Of a stretch of 64,000 nt of DNA, positions 60,835 through 64,000 are shown in pieces. The stretch is from Alphaproteobacteria bacterium. GTDB lineage: Bacteria > Pseudomonadota > Alphaproteobacteria > RF32 > CAG-239. The stretch is from assembly GCA_045632645.1 (NCBI GenBank), contig JAZQXC010000014.1, forward strand, positions 18,166-82,165, written 5' to 3'. The stretch's first letter is position 1; each line of letters starts with the position of its first letter. The translations under genes were made by a program, and so were the position numbers. The notes under the pieces were generated by a model that did not search any database, was not told where the DNA came from, and worked only from the letters and a program-made list of their open reading frames with translations.

Positions 60835-62385
60835 ATGTTTTTTTACTTAATTATATTTATAGCAATATTTTCAAGATTATTTTTATTTTCATCAATACCT
60901 AATGGAATAAATTGTGATGAAGCTTTTGCTGGATACGAAGCATATTCAATACTAACATCTTCTTTTGATAGTTGGGGTAAAAAATTTCCTATTTATTTCA
61001 TAACAGGTGGTGGTGGTACTAATGCTTTATATATTTATATAACAACAATATTTTTAGCTTTTTTAGGTGTAGATGTTTGGGTTATAAGGTTACCTCAAGT
61101 AACAATGTATCTTATATCAATTTATTGTTTTTATAAATTACTAGAGCATATATATGATAAAAAAATAGCAAAAATAGGTCTGTTTATAATATCAATTATG
61201 CCATGGCATATTATTTCATCACGTTGGGGTTTTCATGGAAACCTATCACCTGTAATAACCATAATTGCTTTTTTATTTTATTGTAAAAGCATACAAAACA
61301 TCAAATATATATGGTTATCAATATTATTTTGGGCTTTAGGTTGTTATACTTATGATCCTCTAATTGGTTTTATATTAGGATGTGTGCCTATTTTATTTAT
61401 ATACTTAATTATTTACACCCCTATCAAAAATAAATCATTCTGGCTAAATATAATTGGTTGTTCCTTTTTATTTATCACACTAATTACTCCTATTGTTTTG
61501 TTATATTTTATTAACAACCACAATTTCAATGAAATAAATACAAATTATTTTTCAATTCCCAAACTACCAGGATGGAGAGGAAAGGAAATAAACATATCAG
61601 AAATTTTAAATAACTCTATCATTCTCCTAAAATTACTATCAACACAAACAGATAACATGATTTGGAATACCATTAATTCTTTTGGTTTATTTTATCATAT
61701 ATCAGCAATTTTTATAATATTAGGAATCATAAGTAATTATAAAGAGGGAGTTAAAGAGCTACAAAATAAGCAATTTTCATATAAAATATGTATTTTACTA
61801 GTTTTCCTTTGGGGAATTTTTTATTCAACATTATTCCCTGCTCACTCTTCAAACCGAGTAAATTACTTATTTTTCTTTATAACAATTTTTATAACATCAG
61901 GTATATCAATATTTATACCTAAAAATAAAATAATAACTTTTATCATTATAATGTATTCTATACTATTTATTAGTTTTGAATTTGTTTATTTTACAAAATA
62001 CAATGAATTATCTAGCAAAAATTTTTCCCAAGGATTAAAAGAAGCGCTTAACGAGGCTAATAAATATCATAAAATAACAGGATATAATATATTTATATTA
62101 CAAGAAAACTCTGAACCATCTAAAGTTATGTTTTATGATAAAATAAATAATTTAGAATATAAAAAATCTGTTGTTTGGAAAAATTATCCAAGCTCATACT
62201 TATTACAAAAATCCTTTTTACAATATAACTTCTTATCACCTTATGATAACATAGATATAAATGATAAAAATATTTATATAGCTCCATTATATACAAGAAA
62301 TCATTTTATAAACGTTCTTCAAAAGAAAAATATAAACATTAAAACATTTGGAGAATATATAACAATAACCCCTATTACACTTTAA
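60835..62385 (+). CDS. GT-C fold glycosyltransferase, ArnT/PMT-like (family 39/83-like)
   Basis: 516 aa, about 12 TM; first loop DE motif ...NGINCDEAFAGYEAYS... Confidence 0.6.
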   Translation: MFFYLIIFIAIFSRLFLFSSIPNGINCDEAFAGYEAYSILTSSFDSWGKKFPIYFITGGGGTNALYIYITTIFLAFLGVDVWVIRLPQVTMYLISIYCFYKLLEHIYDKKIAKIGLFIISIMPWHIISSRWGFHGNLSPVITIIAFLFYCKSIQNIKYIWLSILFWALGCYTYDPLIGFILGCVPILFIYLIIYTPIKNKSFWLNIIGCSFLFITLITPIVLLYFINNHNFNEINTNYFSIPKLPGWRGKEINISEILNNSIILLKLLSTQTDNMIWNTINSFGLFYHISAIFIILGIISNYKEGVKELQNKQFSYKICILLVFLWGIFYSTLFPAHSSNRVNYLFFFITIFITSGISIFIPKNKIITFIIIMYSILFISFEFVYFTKYNELSSKNFSQGLKEALNEANKYHKITGYNIFILQENSEPSKVMFYDKINNLEYKKSVVWKNYPSSYLLQKSFLQYNFLSPYDNIDINDKNIYIAPLYTRNHFINVLQKKNINIKTFGEYITITPITL

Positions 62386-63079
62386 CAACGGCACTATGCC
62401 TATGTCCTATTTGTTTTTCATATCTATATGAATAAAATAGCTTTTCCCCACAATTTGTACAATAAGGACAAACATCTATTTTATTAACATTACATTCCAA
62501 CAGTTGTTGTTTATTTATACCTTTAAGATCAACAAAATATTTATTACCTTTTTCTAAAAAAAGACCATTTTTATTATCAACAGTCTCTAAAAGAACATCA
62601 TAAACCTCTTTTCCAACTTCATAACAATCAAAACAAATAGCAGGTCCAATAACAACTTTAATATCTTCTTTTTTACACCCATAATTTTTCACAAGTTTAT
62701 TTACAGAAACTTTTGCTATTTGCTTTGCTGTTCCTCTCCACCCAGCATGAGAAATCATCGCAACACCATTACAATAAAAAATCAAAGGAACACAATCTGC
62801 AAAATATAAATGCCCTGCTATGCCTTTTTTTAAGATTAAACCATCAACGTTTTCATATAAAAATTTATTTTCAACAACCTCAGCAATATCAACACCGTGT
62901 ATAGGTTTATTAACAGCAAGTTTTTGACCTAAATATTCTTCTACAATTTTTTTATTATAAGAAACATCTTCATTTTTTGAGTGAATACAAATATCTCTGG
63001 TGGTAAAAAAATTCACAACCTCATTAATTAAATCAGATTTAACAATTCTTTTTCCATCAATATAATCAATAAAAAACAT
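62375..63079 (-). CDS. pgeF: Peptidoglycan editing factor PgeF / YfiH (DUF152 laccase-domain protein)
   Basis: H...C...H triad region HLYFADCVPL...SHAGWRG; 234 aa. Confidence 0.8.
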   Translation of the reverse strand: MFFIDYIDGKRIVKSDLINEVVNFFTTRDICIHSKNEDVSYNKKIVEEYLGQKLAVNKPIHGVDIAEVVENKFLYENVDGLILKKGIAGHLYFADCVPLIFYCNGVAMISHAGWRGTAKQIAKVSVNKLVKNYGCKKEDIKVVIGPAICFDCYEVGKEVYDVLLETVDNKNGLFLEKGNKYFVDLKGINKQQLLECNVNKIDVCPYCTNCGEKLFYSYRYEKQIGHRHSAVVKV

Positions 63080-63805
63080 TTATTTATTCTCTTCTACAAC
63101 CACTTCATCAGAAAGCCAAATAGGATTTTTTATATTTTTTTTCAAAAATTCTCTATGAGCTATATTATCTTCATCACTAAATAAAAATTCTCTAGGTTCT
63201 CTATAAACCTTATTTACAACAATCTCTTCAGTTTGAGTATTTGTTTTTGTTTTATTAGATGAGCTTAAGTCCATTGTAGGCTCAGCACCACCTAATAGTT
63301 CCAAATAAACTTCAGCTAATAACTGAGCATCTAAAAGCGCCCCATGAAAAGTTCTTTGTGAGTTATCAACTCCAAATCTTTTACATAAAGCATCAAGGTT
63401 ATTTCTTTGCCCTGGGAATTTATTTTTAGCAATTTCTAAAGTATCAACAACTCTATCCCATTGATATTCTTCATACCCTAGTCTTTTAAGCTCATAATTT
63501 ATAAACTTCATATCAAAAGTTGCATTGTGAGCCACTAAAATTCCATCATCACCAATAAAGTCAACCCAATCTTGCGCAACTTTTTCAAAAAAAGGATAAT
63601 CTTTTAAAAACTCATTAGTCAAACCATGCACTTTAACAACTTCTTCAGGAACATCTCTATTAGGATTTATATATTGATGATATGTTCTACCTGTTGGCAC
63701 ATGATTAATAAGCTCAACAGCACCAATTTCCACCAATCTATCACCTGTTAGAGGATCAAAACCTGTTGTTTCAGTATCAAAAACAATTTCTCTTATTGAT
63801 TGCAT
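63080..63805 (-). CDS. dnaQ: DNA polymerase III epsilon subunit (3'-5' exonuclease)
   Basis: Exo I motif VFDTETTGFDP; 241 aa. Confidence 0.9.
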   Translation of the reverse strand: MQSIREIVFDTETTGFDPLTGDRLVEIGAVELINHVPTGRTYHQYINPNRDVPEEVVKVHGLTNEFLKDYPFFEKVAQDWVDFIGDDGILVAHNATFDMKFINYELKRLGYEEYQWDRVVDTLEIAKNKFPGQRNNLDALCKRFGVDNSQRTFHGALLDAQLLAEVYLELLGGAEPTMDLSSSNKTKTNTQTEEIVVNKVYREPREFLFSDEDNIAHREFLKKNIKNPIWLSDEVVVEENK

Positions 63806-64000
63806 TTTTTTATATCCTTAATAAGTTTTTTTATTCTATTAATTAATTCCTCTTCACCACATCCTGTATCAACAATAAAATCAACCTTTTTAATTTTATC
63901 TTCTCTTTTCATTTGGATATTATTAATTTTTTCAAAATCTTCAGCAGAAATATTATCCCTTTTCATCACTCTATTTTTTTGTGTTTCATAATCAACATCA
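63793..64000 (-). CDS. coaE: Dephospho-CoA kinase, C-terminal fragment (gene continues beyond window end)
   Basis: Frame ...DVDYETQKNRVMKRDNISAEDFEKINNIQ... ending 13 nt inside dnaQ; typical coaE-dnaQ synteny. Confidence 0.5.
   Translation of the reverse strand, partial: DVDYETQKNRVMKRDNISAEDFEKINNIQMKREDKIKKVDFIVDTGCGEEELINRIKKLIKDIKKCNQ

Overview
This is an AT-rich (about one-third GC by eye) chromosomal segment with alphaproteobacterial gene content and synteny. The calls behind that are rplY-pth, Tim44-like-mltA-smr, carD, pssA, ppdK, yebC-ruvC / ruvAB-ybgC and dnaQ-coaE. It resembles a host-associated Rickettsiales/Holosporales-like genome, but that is inference and not a database result. 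Most of the 64 kb is densely packed housekeeping genes: pssA, tsaC/sua5, pepA, dnaE, sufCD, secA, a parvulin PPIase, rplY, pth, ychF, trxB, asmA, rluC, rarA, yebC, ruvCAB, ybgC, lptF/G, cysK, gmk, rpsA, smr, mltA, secB, trmL, carD, eno, ppdK, pgeF, dnaQ, one tRNA-Leu(UAA) and many clean rho-independent terminators. I saw no integrase, transposase, CRISPR or rRNA.

The accessory pockets I would look at first:
- A ~6.9 kb block on the opposite strand (32060-38950) that splits ruvC from ruvAB. It carries an OprB-like porin and an overlapping four-gene operon: a lipoprotein DTGA retropepsin-like protease, a 7TM protein with an inactive-transglutaminase-like domain, a RimK-related ATP-grasp ligase and a periplasmic cyclophilin. 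Two paralogous proteins built from a novel C-x2-IV-x2-HPEL-x3-C-x2-LV repeat follow it.
- An array of three beta-barrel outer-membrane-protein paralogs. Two of them share a near-identical ~313-bp 5' module (promoter, long leader and signal peptide) that gives way abruptly to unrelated mature domains.
- A promoter / mutually-exclusive-hairpin / terminator leader in front of another OMP gene.
- A GC-rich tandem repeat between convergent genes.
- A catalytically degenerate DEAD-box domain protein.
- Two GT-C (ArnT/PMT-like) glycosyltransferases.
- An oversized GH77 4-alpha-glucanotransferase.
- An orphan LuxR-type response regulator next to a prepilin peptidase.
- Cys-triplet tails on SufD and PPDK.
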